Below, piece by piece: positions 19,813-29,562 of a stretch of 64,000 nt of DNA (position 1 is the stretch's first letter; each line of letters opens with the position of its first letter). The notes under the pieces are model-generated. The model ran no database searches. It saw nothing but the letters and a program-made list of their open reading frames with translations, and was not told where the DNA came from. Source of the stretch: a virus. The stretch covers positions 5,708-69,707 of IMG/VR virus record IMGVR_UViG_3300025736_000014; one strand, written 5' to 3'. The position numbers and the translations under genes were made by a program.

Positions 19813-20450
19813 ATTTTTCTAAAAATACCAAAATATTTCTTTAATTTTTGTCCAGACTCCTTCACATGATCTTTGGTGTTTGAAAACTCTAATTCTAATC
19901 CTCTGCTAATAATCCAATCAATTGATTTCTCATCTATATAGTGAGGGTGGGCGACAGTCTTGGCTGGTCGATACAGATTTACATAAAGCAAGAATACTCC
20001 ATTATGTTTAAGAATCCTTATTACTTCATCTGTTCCTTTCTTCCAATCATTCCAATGATCTAATGAATTAAAGGTTAAAACCATATCAAGAGAACCGTCT
20101 GTAAAAGGCATATCCTCAGCATATCCAGCAATAGTCTCTACATCACTGGAAATATTTTTGTAACCTTTTAATAGTTCTCCAAATTCTTTGGCTAATGGGT
20201 CGAGAACAACTCTCCTGCTTGACTCTAAGAATGGCCAAAAGTGTAAACCGCTAAGTGGTCCACCACCAATATCTAGAACCGACTTGCCAACAAACGTATC
20301 TGGTTTAAGTTCAAAATCTTCTATAAGTGTTCTTTTATAACTCCTATTTTCCCAAGTTTCAGGATTTCTTATTTTCTTTCCATCATTATCTACTTGGCTA
20401 TACTTCTTTTTATGATAATTTAATTCTTCTTGTTGACCTGATGTTAACAT
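19809..20450 (-). CDS. SAM-dependent methyltransferase (type 11)
   Basis: VLDIGGGP, AEDMPF, NSLDH. Confidence 0.85.
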   Translation of the reverse strand: MLTSGQQEELNYHKKKYSQVDNDGKKIRNPETWENRSYKRTLIEDFELKPDTFVGKSVLDIGGGPLSGLHFWPFLESSRRVVLDPLAKEFGELLKGYKNISSDVETIAGYAEDMPFTDGSLDMVLTFNSLDHWNDWKKGTDEVIRILKHNGVFLLYVNLYRPAKTVAHPHYIDEKSIDWIISRGLELEFSNTKDHVKESGQKLKKYFGIFRKI

Positions 20451-20452
20451 AA

Positions 20453-20827
20453 TTATTTTACTAATTTATTCCATATTCTATCATAGAATACATACATGAT
20501 AATTTTTATAACAGTATATGTTCCAGTAATATAAGTCACTGATTTCCATGTACCAGTAAAGAAATAGACTATTAAACCACCAAGACCCATCCCTAAAATA
20601 ATTTCATAGGTAATAGCCTTAATCCAATGGGTTGGTTTTCTAAGCCATAACCAAAATCTCTCATGTAAATAAAACACTATTAAGAAAGTTGTGTGATGAA
20701 CAAGCGTGCTTCCTAGCGTAATTTGCCACTTCCTTGTAAAGAAGTAGAAAATACTCGCATAAACAAAAACGCCCATGATTCTCCAAACAAGACTTTTTAA
20801 AGCTGAACTTTTATGAGTTGCCATCAA
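20453..20827 (-). CDS. DUF2061-like membrane protein, two repeats
   Basis: LKSLVWR..YLHERFW / IKAITY..FYDRIW. Confidence 0.7.
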   Translation of the reverse strand: MMATHKSSALKSLVWRIMGVFVYASIFYFFTRKWQITLGSTLVHHTTFLIVFYLHERFWLWLRKPTHWIKAITYEIILGMGLGGLIVYFFTGTWKSVTYITGTYTVIKIIMYVFYDRIWNKLVK

Positions 20828-21244
20828 TTATTCACCGTCCTCCCAATTATCTTTAATATTCTTTTTTATCTTTGTAGAACTTTGTCCACCATAATACGGC
20901 ATGACAATTACCTTTTTACCTAATCCTCCCATAACTCTTTTTGCTTCAGCGACAGCCTCATCAGTATGACTTGTACTCTCAAACAAAATATCAGCAATCT
21001 TTGATGCATTATCTAATGGAGAATAAGTCTCCTGAGATACAGCAATATCAACACACTCAAATGCTTGAACAAGACGCAATCTTTCATCAAAGGGGATAAC
21101 TGGTTTAACTTTATTCTCCATCACAGATTTATCTGTCAATACTCCAACGACTAATTTATCACACAGTTTACTACAAGCTTCTAAATGATTAAGGTGTCCG
21201 ACATGAATCAAATCAGCACAAACATATGCATAACCTATCTTCAT
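20828..21244 (-). CDS. cytidylyltransferase-like nucleotidyltransferase (TagD-like)
   Basis: DLIHVGH (HxGH), SSTKIK. Confidence 0.85.
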   Translation of the reverse strand: MKIGYAYVCADLIHVGHLNHLEACSKLCDKLVVGVLTDKSVMENKVKPVIPFDERLRLVQAFECVDIAVSQETYSPLDNASKIADILFESTSHTDEAVAEAKRVMGGLGKKVIVMPYYGGQSSTKIKKNIKDNWEDGE

Positions 21245-22608
21245 AATTTCTTCTTTTTGTTAACGATTTTCATATACAATCTGTTTTCTTTTCTTTTTTG
21301 CTCAAATAGATCAAAATTCTTATCAGATTTAGACCTCTTATGACTACTTGCACCACCAACATGTTTTAAATACACATCTTTTCTCCAGATTGTCTTGAAA
21401 TTAGATTTCTGAACTCTATGTAACCATTCCATCTCTGAATGAAGATAAAAATCATCACTAAAGAAACCAACCTTATTGAACACATACTTTGGAAAGAGTA
21501 AACAAATATTAGATAACTGAAACGCCTTGCCGTACTCTTCTTTAAAATCAACGACCGTCCTTCTTTTTGGGACGGATGATTTTTCTAGTTTCTGTGCAGT
21601 CCAGCACTTATCAAAAGATGGTCCAACAGCACCCACATCTTTTTGTTTTAACTCGTAAAGCAATTTCTCTAACCATCTCTTTGGCAATTTAACATCACTA
21701 TGAAGCAAACAGATGTATTTAGCATTAGACTTACCAATAATGTCATTCCAAATCATAGATAAAGAATCTTTCTTCTTGTAATTATCATAAAAGGTTACCC
21801 TAGTATTGGGGTACCTAGTATTATCAACAATAGAATTAAAGCAAGCCTTATCCATATCAGTAGTATTAAACCTAATGACAATAATATCTACGAGATTATC
21901 TGTATTTAAGGGAATCGCATCTTTCTTCTTTTTCTTGGTTTTAACCTTGAAATAATGATCGTGCTTCTTTCTTATATAATCCTCTGCTTCACTTAGGTCT
22001 TCACTAGAAGTAATGTCACTATTCCTAGATGAAGTATTAAACAAAACTTCATCCACCAATATACCGCTACCGCCTTTACCAAGAATAGATAACCATAAAT
22101 CACGATCTTGTAATCTTTTTAGATTCTCATCAAACCCCGTAAAAGACTTAGCTCTAATTAAAGAACACATATCAATCAACAGTTCTCCAGTCTTAAGTTT
22201 TTCTTTATCAAACTCTTTAGTCTTATTGTGGACACCATCTCTTTCGAACCAACAATAAGCATATGCTTTATCCTTATTAGTTAATAATTCTTTAAATAAT
22301 GAGCTTAATGCGTTAGCTTTTAAAAGCTTATCTGCATCCAAAAATAATAGAAATTCACCCTTAGCTTCTTTATAACCCCTATTTCTAGCTATGTTTGAAC
22401 CCTGATGCCCTTGTTTAACTCTAGTAACCTTTATTGGCGGAACGAGTGCTAAATACTGATCTAAAAGCAATTGAGTAGCATCTGTCGAACCATCATCAAC
22501 AACTATTACTTCAAAGTCATGAAAATCTTGTCTTTCTAACTCTACTAAAGTTCTAATTAGATGTTCGCCGCAATTATATGTTGGTATTATTATTGATATT
22601 TTTGACAT
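21241..22608 (-). CDS. glycosyltransferase with two GT2 domains
   Basis: IIIPTYN..VVDDGSTD..FLDAD..QDRD; second domain LLHSD. Confidence 0.88.
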   Translation of the reverse strand: MSKISIIIPTYNCGEHLIRTLVELERQDFHDFEVIVVDDGSTDATQLLLDQYLALVPPIKVTRVKQGHQGSNIARNRGYKEAKGEFLLFLDADKLLKANALSSLFKELLTNKDKAYAYCWFERDGVHNKTKEFDKEKLKTGELLIDMCSLIRAKSFTGFDENLKRLQDRDLWLSILGKGGSGILVDEVLFNTSSRNSDITSSEDLSEAEDYIRKKHDHYFKVKTKKKKKDAIPLNTDNLVDIIVIRFNTTDMDKACFNSIVDNTRYPNTRVTFYDNYKKKDSLSMIWNDIIGKSNAKYICLLHSDVKLPKRWLEKLLYELKQKDVGAVGPSFDKCWTAQKLEKSSVPKRRTVVDFKEEYGKAFQLSNICLLFPKYVFNKVGFFSDDFYLHSEMEWLHRVQKSNFKTIWRKDVYLKHVGGASSHKRSKSDKNFDLFEQKRKENRLYMKIVNKKKKL

Positions 22609-22631
22609 ATTATTTGATTAATTATACTCAA

Positions 22632-22760
22632 TTACTTTCTTTTGGTAAATCCTTTATGGACATAAGTTACCCATAAATCCATAGCTTTAGTTAATTTATC
22701 CCAATATTCGCCCTTAATTGATTTTTCTCTTATTGTGGGGATAACAATAGTTGCCTTCAT
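22632..22760 (-). pseudogene. 42 aa collapsed remnant of a GT-A gene (RGP/UDP-sugar mutase-like ends)
   Basis: MKATIVIPTIRE joined directly to YWDKLTKAMDLWV. Confidence 0.5.
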
Positions 22761-23434
22761 TCTGTGATTACTCCCTCTGGGAAATTTTGTTTCTCCTCTT
22801 CATCATGACCAGTAGTATTACCACCAAAGGTGTTTCTTATCCCACAATGATAAATAACTTGATTCTTCATCCTTGCGATTTCCCATCCTTTTTCAGATGC
22901 TAAGGTACAAAACTTACAATCTTCTTTGCCTAATTCTTGGGTTGGATAATGTAAGAATGGTCCAGTATCTAACCAAGTTTCTCTCCTGATTAACATAGAA
23001 AAACCTGGCTGTTGATAACAAATTTCTATACCTAAACCTCCTACATCTCTACTTTCTATCGCACCATGATATGCATGCCCTTTGCCACCTAACACTCCAA
23101 TCTTCTTAGAAGTTTCCATAATCTTAATCATCTTCCCAAGCCACCCTTCTGTAAAATATATATCGTTATCTGAGTGATAATAATATTGACTATTTTTAGC
23201 AACAGCCATTCCAGCATTCCTAGCGACAGCACAACCCTTTGCGTCACGCATCAAAGTAACCCTAGCTTTCCCAGAAATAGATTTTAGATAATCAACTGTT
23301 TCCTGCCCTGAATTATCAGAAATAATTATTAACTCAAAGGGGTATTTTGTGTTATTAAAAAGAGATTCAATTGTCTGCCTAGTTAAATTTAATCTGTCTT
23401 TAACTGGCATGATTATTGGAATTTTATTTGTCAT
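22757..23434 (-). CDS. GT2-family glycosyltransferase
   Basis: IIMPVK, ISDNS, ARNAG, HSDND, KEDC. Confidence 0.88.
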   Translation of the reverse strand: MTNKIPIIMPVKDRLNLTRQTIESLFNNTKYPFELIIISDNSGQETVDYLKSISGKARVTLMRDAKGCAVARNAGMAVAKNSQYYYHSDNDIYFTEGWLGKMIKIMETSKKIGVLGGKGHAYHGAIESRDVGGLGIEICYQQPGFSMLIRRETWLDTGPFLHYPTQELGKEDCKFCTLASEKGWEIARMKNQVIYHCGIRNTFGGNTTGHDEEEKQNFPEGVITE

Positions 23435-23594
23435 ACTTCATATGTCTAGTAACTAGACTACCATCTTTCAATTTAACTATACACTCTGCCATACCGATCT
23501 TAGCACTATATAAAGGTTTGTTCCACTTTTTACCCTTCATCTGTTTTCTGTTTTTCTTATGCTTCGAGATTAATTTGACTATTTTTGAGGGCAT
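23424..23594 (-). CDS. 56 aa basic hypothetical protein, not in ORF track
   Basis: MPSKIVKLISKHKK...; overlaps both neighbours and fills the gap. Confidence 0.5.
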   Translation of the reverse strand: MPSKIVKLISKHKKNRKQMKGKKWNKPLYSAKIGMAECIVKLKDGSLVTRHMKYDK

Positions 23595-24457
23595 ATCGCA
23601 TCTCCTTTAAAATCATAGTGTGGTCCCGCTGGTCCTACTCTAAAGCTAAAATCGTCCTCTACATATAGTGGCAGAACATCTTTCCACTTTTCTGTAAATA
23701 ATCTAGTGTTTTCTTCATGCGTCCACTTATCTCCAGTAAAGCCAACGTTTTGGGTTTTATTATCAATCCAAGTCTGATATTCAGAGCGATTAGCAGTCAA
23801 GCCTGACAAGTGATGACACGGTATATCCACCACTATATTCTTATATCCATGTTTGAGACTCTCTAAGGCTGAATCTCTATCATACAAGTGATGAAAGTGA
23901 TATCTTTGGTCAAACCCATTAGATTTCTTTAACATCTCCATACGGAAAACTTGCATGAATCCATCGAAGATAGCGGCTGAACGCCATGGTTGTTCTAATC
24001 TCATTCCATGAATCTCCGCTTCAAGCATATTTGACATACCAGCAGCTATACCAGATGGAACATCTTGGATTCTCTCTCCGATTGGACCACAACCCTGTGA
24101 ACCAAAGAAACCAACACCACCGAGATCAGGCATCTTCTCAAAATATGAGATGACCTTCTTATCCCAATCCTTTTCATAAACTAACACATCGTTATGAGAA
24201 AGAGCAATGAGATCAGTACTACAATTTTCATAAGCCTGTTGAAGTGTCTTCAACATCCCTAGATTCTCTTGATTTCTGATATAATTCAATCTCTTTGGTC
24301 TTAAAGATTTTCTCAAAAAGTTCTCAACTGGATCGGTTGAACCGTTATCTATAACCATAAATTCAGTATCATCTGATGTCATGTATCTAAACGTACCCAT
24401 ACAACCCTTTGAGTCATTAAGTTGATTATAGACTGGGATCACAAGAGTTAAATTCAT
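23579..24457 (-). CDS. GT2-family glycosyltransferase
   Basis: VIPVYN, IDNGSTD, HNDV, HLYD. Confidence 0.88.
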   Translation of the reverse strand: MNLTLVIPVYNQLNDSKGCMGTFRYMTSDDTEFMVIDNGSTDPVENFLRKSLRPKRLNYIRNQENLGMLKTLQQAYENCSTDLIALSHNDVLVYEKDWDKKVISYFEKMPDLGGVGFFGSQGCGPIGERIQDVPSGIAAGMSNMLEAEIHGMRLEQPWRSAAIFDGFMQVFRMEMLKKSNGFDQRYHFHHLYDRDSALESLKHGYKNIVVDIPCHHLSGLTANRSEYQTWIDNKTQNVGFTGDKWTHEENTRLFTEKWKDVLPLYVEDDFSFRVGPAGPHYDFKGDAICPQK

Positions 24458-24699
24458 GTATCATCCTCTCCTAATAATTTATCCATAGTTCCACCTTTTA
24501 ATTCTACACCTATTTCAGGTTTAGCTACATAGTCATCTGGAACATCTATATCAACCTCTGGTACAAATCTCTCGAAAAACTTATCAGAAATTGTCAAATT
24601 AAGTTTGACCGCCACTTCATTACTATTTAACTTAGGTTTCCCTTTTCTAAGAGATAGAACCCCATGTTTAGTAAGTATTACATAGGCTGATGTTTTCAT
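24454..24699 (-). CDS. hypothetical protein
   Basis: 81 aa ORF in operon. Confidence 0.55.
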   Translation of the reverse strand: MKTSAYVILTKHGVLSLRKGKPKLNSNEVAVKLNLTISDKFFERFVPEVDIDVPDDYVAKPEIGVELKGGTMDKLLGEDDT

Positions 24700-25895
24700 A
24701 TTTTAGGAGAAAGACTTTGCCAATTTTTCTCCTCTCCCATCAATTTTCCATAACGCTTTCTTATCACATCGACATATTTTGGATCAATTTCCATCATAAA
24801 ACATGTTTTGCCCAACTTCTCGCAAGCTACCAATGTAGTACCACTTCCACCAAAAACATCTAAAACAGTATTCGGTTGAAAACTCTTAATAATATCCATA
24901 TATAACGATAAGGGTTTAGGGCAAGTATGTTTAACATGTTCACCAGAAATATTATGCTCAAATAAATCTGTTGGTCGTCTTTTTTTTGTCATCCCATAAA
25001 AAATAATCGGCTCCCAAAGTCTAAGGTGGCTAATCTCTCCGTTATTCATGGCGTTTTTCTTAATCCATGGTGCAACAGACCTCCAAGGTTTTATTTTTGC
25101 CCACATCGCTAAATTAACAGTACCAGGCGTAATTACCTGAAAATTGCTATTCTTCTCTAATATCTGGAACCATTTAAAACAAAAAGATTCATACTCTTCA
25201 TTGGTCTTATTATCTTCGTAGGAATTATATTCATATCCAACATTATATGGAGGATCAGTTAAAGCCATATCAACTTTTATATAATTTAATAAAGATTCAA
25301 CCTGATCTATTTTCAAAGCATCCCCGCACATTAATCTATGTTCTCCTAATTGATAAATCTCGCCAAATTTGCTTTCTGCTTTACCTGATAACTCAGGGAC
25401 TTCGTCATCATCGCCCACATCTTCGTCTGGTCCAAATTTATCCATTACCTTAGCGAGCGACTCTGGAAATTCTAAACTAACTTTATAATCTTCTATATCG
25501 AAATCATCCTCATATTTGAATAGCAACTCAGCTAACTCTTCATCAATATAATACCCCGCACTATCGTTATCAGATAACGCATAGGCCAGCTTCTCCCCTT
25601 CTGTCTTAGGATGTACTGGAGAAACCCAACACTTAGTTTTACCAAGTTGTTGATAAGCTTTAAGTCTCATGTTCCCGCCCAAAATCTCACCTTTCACTGG
25701 AATATGGGCGCCGCTATTAACAATTAGCGGTTTATATTCACCCAAATCTTGAATCTGTTTTTTCAGTCTTTTGAAGTCATCTCCCTTTATCGCCCTCGGA
25801 TTATCTTTCCATGGGATTAGAGAATCTATCGGCCAATATTCTCTGCCGTGTGCTGATTCATCTAGAAATTTATTTGCTTTATCTTTTTTGCTCAT
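24696..25895 (-). CDS. ParB-like N-domain fused to amino-DNA methyltransferase (N6/N4)
   Basis: PWKDNPR..ILGGNMR ParB/Srx-like; TDPPY and DVFGGSGTT. Confidence 0.88.
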   Translation of the reverse strand: MSKKDKANKFLDESAHGREYWPIDSLIPWKDNPRAIKGDDFKRLKKQIQDLGEYKPLIVNSGAHIPVKGEILGGNMRLKAYQQLGKTKCWVSPVHPKTEGEKLAYALSDNDSAGYYIDEELAELLFKYEDDFDIEDYKVSLEFPESLAKVMDKFGPDEDVGDDDEVPELSGKAESKFGEIYQLGEHRLMCGDALKIDQVESLLNYIKVDMALTDPPYNVGYEYNSYEDNKTNEEYESFCFKWFQILEKNSNFQVITPGTVNLAMWAKIKPWRSVAPWIKKNAMNNGEISHLRLWEPIIFYGMTKKRRPTDLFEHNISGEHVKHTCPKPLSLYMDIIKSFQPNTVLDVFGGSGTTLVACEKLGKTCFMMEIDPKYVDVIRKRYGKLMGEEKNWQSLSPKI

Positions 25896-26608
25896 CTTTT
25901 TTTAAGATTCCAATAACTACCAACCTCATACAAAGCGTCAAACGTTCCAGCATCTCTCCAGAAACCATCAAGCTCAGACCAACTAAGTTTACCTTCTTTA
26001 ACGTATAAATTATTCACATCAGTAATTTCTAACTGACCACGCTTTGACGGTTTACATTGTCTGATTTTATCCCAAATAGTATTATCATAAATATAAAGAC
26101 CAGTAACAGCTAAATCACTCTTAGGTTTTCGTGGTTTTTCTTGTATTTCTACTATGTCGTTATCTTCATTAAAGACTGGTACTCCAAACCTTTTTGGATC
26201 AGAAACCTGTTTTAGAAAGACTACTGCCCCATCTTTGAAATTCTTGACTGATTTGGAGATATCAGCATCGGTACAGTTATCCCCTAAAATTACAGTTATA
26301 TTACCATCGTCAGCAAAATTCTCAGACATACTCAATGCATCTGCAATCCCTCCTGATGGACTCTCCTGATAAAGATATTCAATTCTACGAAGTCCTAGCT
26401 CAGAGCCACTTTTAATAGCTCTAATAAAGTGACCTACGTGTGGACCAGAAGCAATAATCGCTACCTCATCAATCCCCGCTTTTACCAACGTTTCGATTGG
26501 ATGATATATCATCGGCTTATCGTACACAGGAAGTAAGTGTTTGTTAGTAATGTGAGTAAGAGGATAAAGACGGGTTCCAAGACCACCCGCACAAATCACA
26601 CCGCGCAT
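25892..26608 (-). CDS. rmlA: glucose-1-phosphate thymidylyltransferase (RmlA/RfbA-like)
   Basis: AGGLGTRLYPLT..KHLLPVYDKPMI, EKP, LEITD, WRDAGT. Confidence 0.92.
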   Translation of the reverse strand: MRGVICAGGLGTRLYPLTHITNKHLLPVYDKPMIYHPIETLVKAGIDEVAIIASGPHVGHFIRAIKSGSELGLRRIEYLYQESPSGGIADALSMSENFADDGNITVILGDNCTDADISKSVKNFKDGAVVFLKQVSDPKRFGVPVFNEDNDIVEIQEKPRKPKSDLAVTGLYIYDNTIWDKIRQCKPSKRGQLEITDVNNLYVKEGKLSWSELDGFWRDAGTFDALYEVGSYWNLKKR

Positions 26609-26678
26609 AGATGTCTCCTTATCTATTTGTTATATATACAAATACAATATACCACAAAACCCAAAGATTTCAAATAGA

Positions 26679-28013
26679 CTAAGATTGCATCACTATTACC
26701 CTACCAAAAGGAACTTTACGGTCTTTATCATAATTATTCTTAGGAACTAACCATAAGACGGGATAGCTAGGTTTATTTCTAGGAAAATCTGTCCACAAAT
26801 CTGTAAAACAAACAACAACTTTTGGCTGCCAGCCTTCTTTCTTTATTGCCCTGAAAACAGGGACATGGGAAGTACCTCCACCTCCATAAAACCTTTTTGT
26901 TTTCTTTATATCTTCTAGTGGTAATATTTGTCCAACCTCAGCATCACAATCCATAACCCAACCTTTAGAATTAGGGAAATACTTCATCAATCCTTTAATT
27001 TCACTTACAAAAGTATTCAGTTCTCGTTCACTAATGCTTCCGCTAGTATCTAGAACAAAAACAGCGTTTTTTAACTCGTCCTCGTTTCCTAAATCTGGAA
27101 GATAGAAAGGCTGACCTAATGTCCGTCTGTCACGTCTCATAAAGTCAAAATCTGTTTTTGACGAAGATAAGTAAGTAGCTAAAATCTTTCTCCAATTCTC
27201 TTTAGGTTTCAAATCCTCGACAATTCTCTTGAAACCAGCAGGAGTCTCTCCTTTACTTTTAGATACAGCGTCTTCCATCGCAGCTCTCCACTTACGTTGT
27301 AAACGCCTCATCTGCCTTTTAGATAGTTTCTTCCCTCCTGGTTTATCCCAAAAAGCATGGCTAGAACAACACTTGTGGCTTGTTGTAGTAGCTTTTTGTC
27401 TCTGCTTACCACTCTTTTTACCTTTGCCCTTATCTTTGCCCTTACCCTTGCCCTTACCCTTACTAGGACTTCCGCCCTTACCCTTTTTTTCTTTACCTTT
27501 ACCACCCTGCCCAATTTCTTTTAATTCCTTGCCACAAAAAGGACAAACAACTTTAACATCAGGAAGTTTGCTATAAATCTTCTCTGCGTTCATCTTCCTG
27601 TATTTTTGGCTAAACAAACAGCCTGGGGGAAGCTCGTATCCGTTATCTGTAATAATTAAGTTAGTAGCGTAATCAGCGGCAAAATTCCACTTATGTTTAT
27701 GTCTCTTATTTCTTCGCCAAATATGCCCCATTGCGGCATGGATAACTTCGTGAATTAAAACACTCAGTAGATGATGATCTGACAAACTATTAATGAACTT
27801 ATAATTATAATAAAGTTTATCTCCATCAGTTCCCGCAGTTGGCACCCACCAGTTTTCCTCCATCGACATATGAAGGCATAGTGTTCCGAAAAAAGGCTCT
27901 TTTCTAGTTAAAGTGATTCTCGCCTTAATTAGTTTCTCCTCTGCTTTTTTACGAGCCACTTCATCCCTGTCTTGCTCCTCTTTCTTGACTTGCTTCTTCT
28001 TGGCTTTTCCCAT
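26679..28013 (-). CDS. DUF2201-type metallopeptidase-like + VWA domain protein
   Basis: TAGTDG, HEVIH (HExxH), A-x-D, G/K-rich linker, DTSGS MIDAS, GGGT, FTD. Confidence 0.85.
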   Translation of the reverse strand: MGKAKKKQVKKEEQDRDEVARKKAEEKLIKARITLTRKEPFFGTLCLHMSMEENWWVPTAGTDGDKLYYNYKFINSLSDHHLLSVLIHEVIHAAMGHIWRRNKRHKHKWNFAADYATNLIITDNGYELPPGCLFSQKYRKMNAEKIYSKLPDVKVVCPFCGKELKEIGQGGKGKEKKGKGGSPSKGKGKGKGKDKGKGKKSGKQRQKATTTSHKCCSSHAFWDKPGGKKLSKRQMRRLQRKWRAAMEDAVSKSKGETPAGFKRIVEDLKPKENWRKILATYLSSSKTDFDFMRRDRRTLGQPFYLPDLGNEDELKNAVFVLDTSGSISERELNTFVSEIKGLMKYFPNSKGWVMDCDAEVGQILPLEDIKKTKRFYGGGGTSHVPVFRAIKKEGWQPKVVVCFTDLWTDFPRNKPSYPVLWLVPKNNYDKDRKVPFGRVIVMQS

Positions 28014-28014
28014 C

Positions 28015-28140
28015 TTATGTTCCTACAATCATAATTGAAATAATAATAGTCAACAATATTAAGACTAACGTTCTATAAAGATATTCATGTCTGGCAATCC
28101 AAGTTAGTAATATACCAAGTAAAAAATATGTCCAATTCAT
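28015..28140 (-). CDS. 41 aa hydrophobic peptide between AAA and VWA genes
   Basis: MNWTYFLLGILLTWI..., exactly fills the gap. Confidence 0.45.
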   Translation of the reverse strand: MNWTYFLLGILLTWIARHEYLYRTLVLILLTIIISIMIVGT

Positions 28141-28141
28141 A

Positions 28142-29140
28142 TTAATCTAGATAATTTCCAAATTTATTAGACCACTTATTCCAATATTTTCCCTCTTGAA
28201 TTTTCTCTGCCCACCCGCTTCGTGCGGCATCTCTAACAGCAAGTGTCGAAAACTCTGGTTGTAATCTAATCACATATTTCATGAAGTTCTCTAGATTTTC
28301 ATCACTTAATTTAGTTGTTAAAGCACCAACGAGAGCATATAGTACGTCTGTCTTCTTGGGGATTTTTGTAACTTTCCCAGCCAATATTCCATCTACATCT
28401 GGTAAATCCTTATAGATACCCAAAAAGGCATAAAATTCTTTACACGGACCTTCCCCCACAATTCCATCAACTACTTTCTCCGCCATATCTATATCAGAAT
28501 AGTTTTTAAGGGTTCTTGATACAAACTCCCATGAACGAGGTGTTGGATAAGCTTTAATCTCATCTTTTGGTAAGTGGGATAACAGTTTCGGTCTGTAGTT
28601 CAAGAAAGCGATAATTCTCTCGTCAATCTTACCTACTGCCCACTTTTTCCAGTCTTCTATATTAGCATCAACATTAATATGTATTAATCTGTTAGCAAGT
28701 GGAGATGGCATTGTAGTCACAGCAGCCTTATCTGTTTCCCTGTTCCCAGCGGCAATAATTCTCCACTTCTTAGGAAAGAAGTAATTTCCAATATGTCTAT
28801 CTAGAAGTAACTGGTAGGCGGCAATCTGAACTGATGTAGGTGCGGTATTCAACTCATCTAGAAATAAAATTCCCTGTTTCTTCCAACCATTGTCTTCAGT
28901 GGGCAAAAATTCTGGCTTAAGCCACACTGCTGTATTCTTATCTTTACCTAGATATGGCAATCCCCTTAAATCAACAGGGTTTAATAGAGATAAACGCAAA
29001 TCGACTAACTGCCAACCCTTCTCACTACAAATCTGTTTTATAATACTAGACTTCCCAATACCAGGCGGTCCCCATACAAAAACTGGAATAGTATCCTTTA
29101 AGAGATTGTCTAAATGGCTTTTGGCTTCGTTAAGATACAT
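28142..29140 (-). CDS. MoxR-like AAA+ ATPase, partner of the DUF2201/VWA protein
   Basis: GPPGIGKS, LFLDE, AAGN, LANR, PTPRSW. Confidence 0.9.
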   Translation of the reverse strand: MYLNEAKSHLDNLLKDTIPVFVWGPPGIGKSSIIKQICSEKGWQLVDLRLSLLNPVDLRGLPYLGKDKNTAVWLKPEFLPTEDNGWKKQGILFLDELNTAPTSVQIAAYQLLLDRHIGNYFFPKKWRIIAAGNRETDKAAVTTMPSPLANRLIHINVDANIEDWKKWAVGKIDERIIAFLNYRPKLLSHLPKDEIKAYPTPRSWEFVSRTLKNYSDIDMAEKVVDGIVGEGPCKEFYAFLGIYKDLPDVDGILAGKVTKIPKKTDVLYALVGALTTKLSDENLENFMKYVIRLQPEFSTLAVRDAARSGWAEKIQEGKYWNKWSNKFGNYLD

Positions 29141-29177
29141 AGTATTTCCTTTATCTCATCTATTTTATATATAAGTG

Positions 29178-29206
29178 ATTATAATATAGTTTACTCAAGA
29201 AGTCAA
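29178..29206 (-). promoter_or_regulatory. sigma70-type promoter
   Basis: TTGACT-N17-TATAAT. Confidence 0.75.
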
Positions 29207-29562
29207 ATATTGTCTTCCCCAGATTGATCTTTATCTCTGATCTTTTTGCCAACAGCCTTCCAACCCTTCGGGTCGCGATTCAAATTATATCTCGTTTCTG
29301 ATGGATCAAATCTTTTACCCTTCTTATCAATTGCTATTGGTTGACCAGTTTTTTTATCATGACCAAAAGCTACTGGTTCTTTATACTTCTTTACATGAGG
29401 TGCACCAGTAAATTTAGATGAACCTTCCCACCAAGCACTACCCTTACACTTTGGACATTCATACCAAGCTCTGTCTTTTTTACCTTTAAACGTATAGCCA
29501 CAATCAACACAGATAAATTTCATATTAAGATAAGTAACTTTTACTTTTTCCTGGCTTACCAT
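29203..29562 (-). CDS. Zn-ribbon protein
   Basis: CVDC..CPKC. Confidence 0.6.
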   Translation of the reverse strand: MVSQEKVKVTYLNMKFICVDCGYTFKGKKDRAWYECPKCKGSAWWEGSSKFTGAPHVKKYKEPVAFGHDKKTGQPIAIDKKGKRFDPSETRYNLNRDPKGWKAVGKKIRDKDQSGEDNI

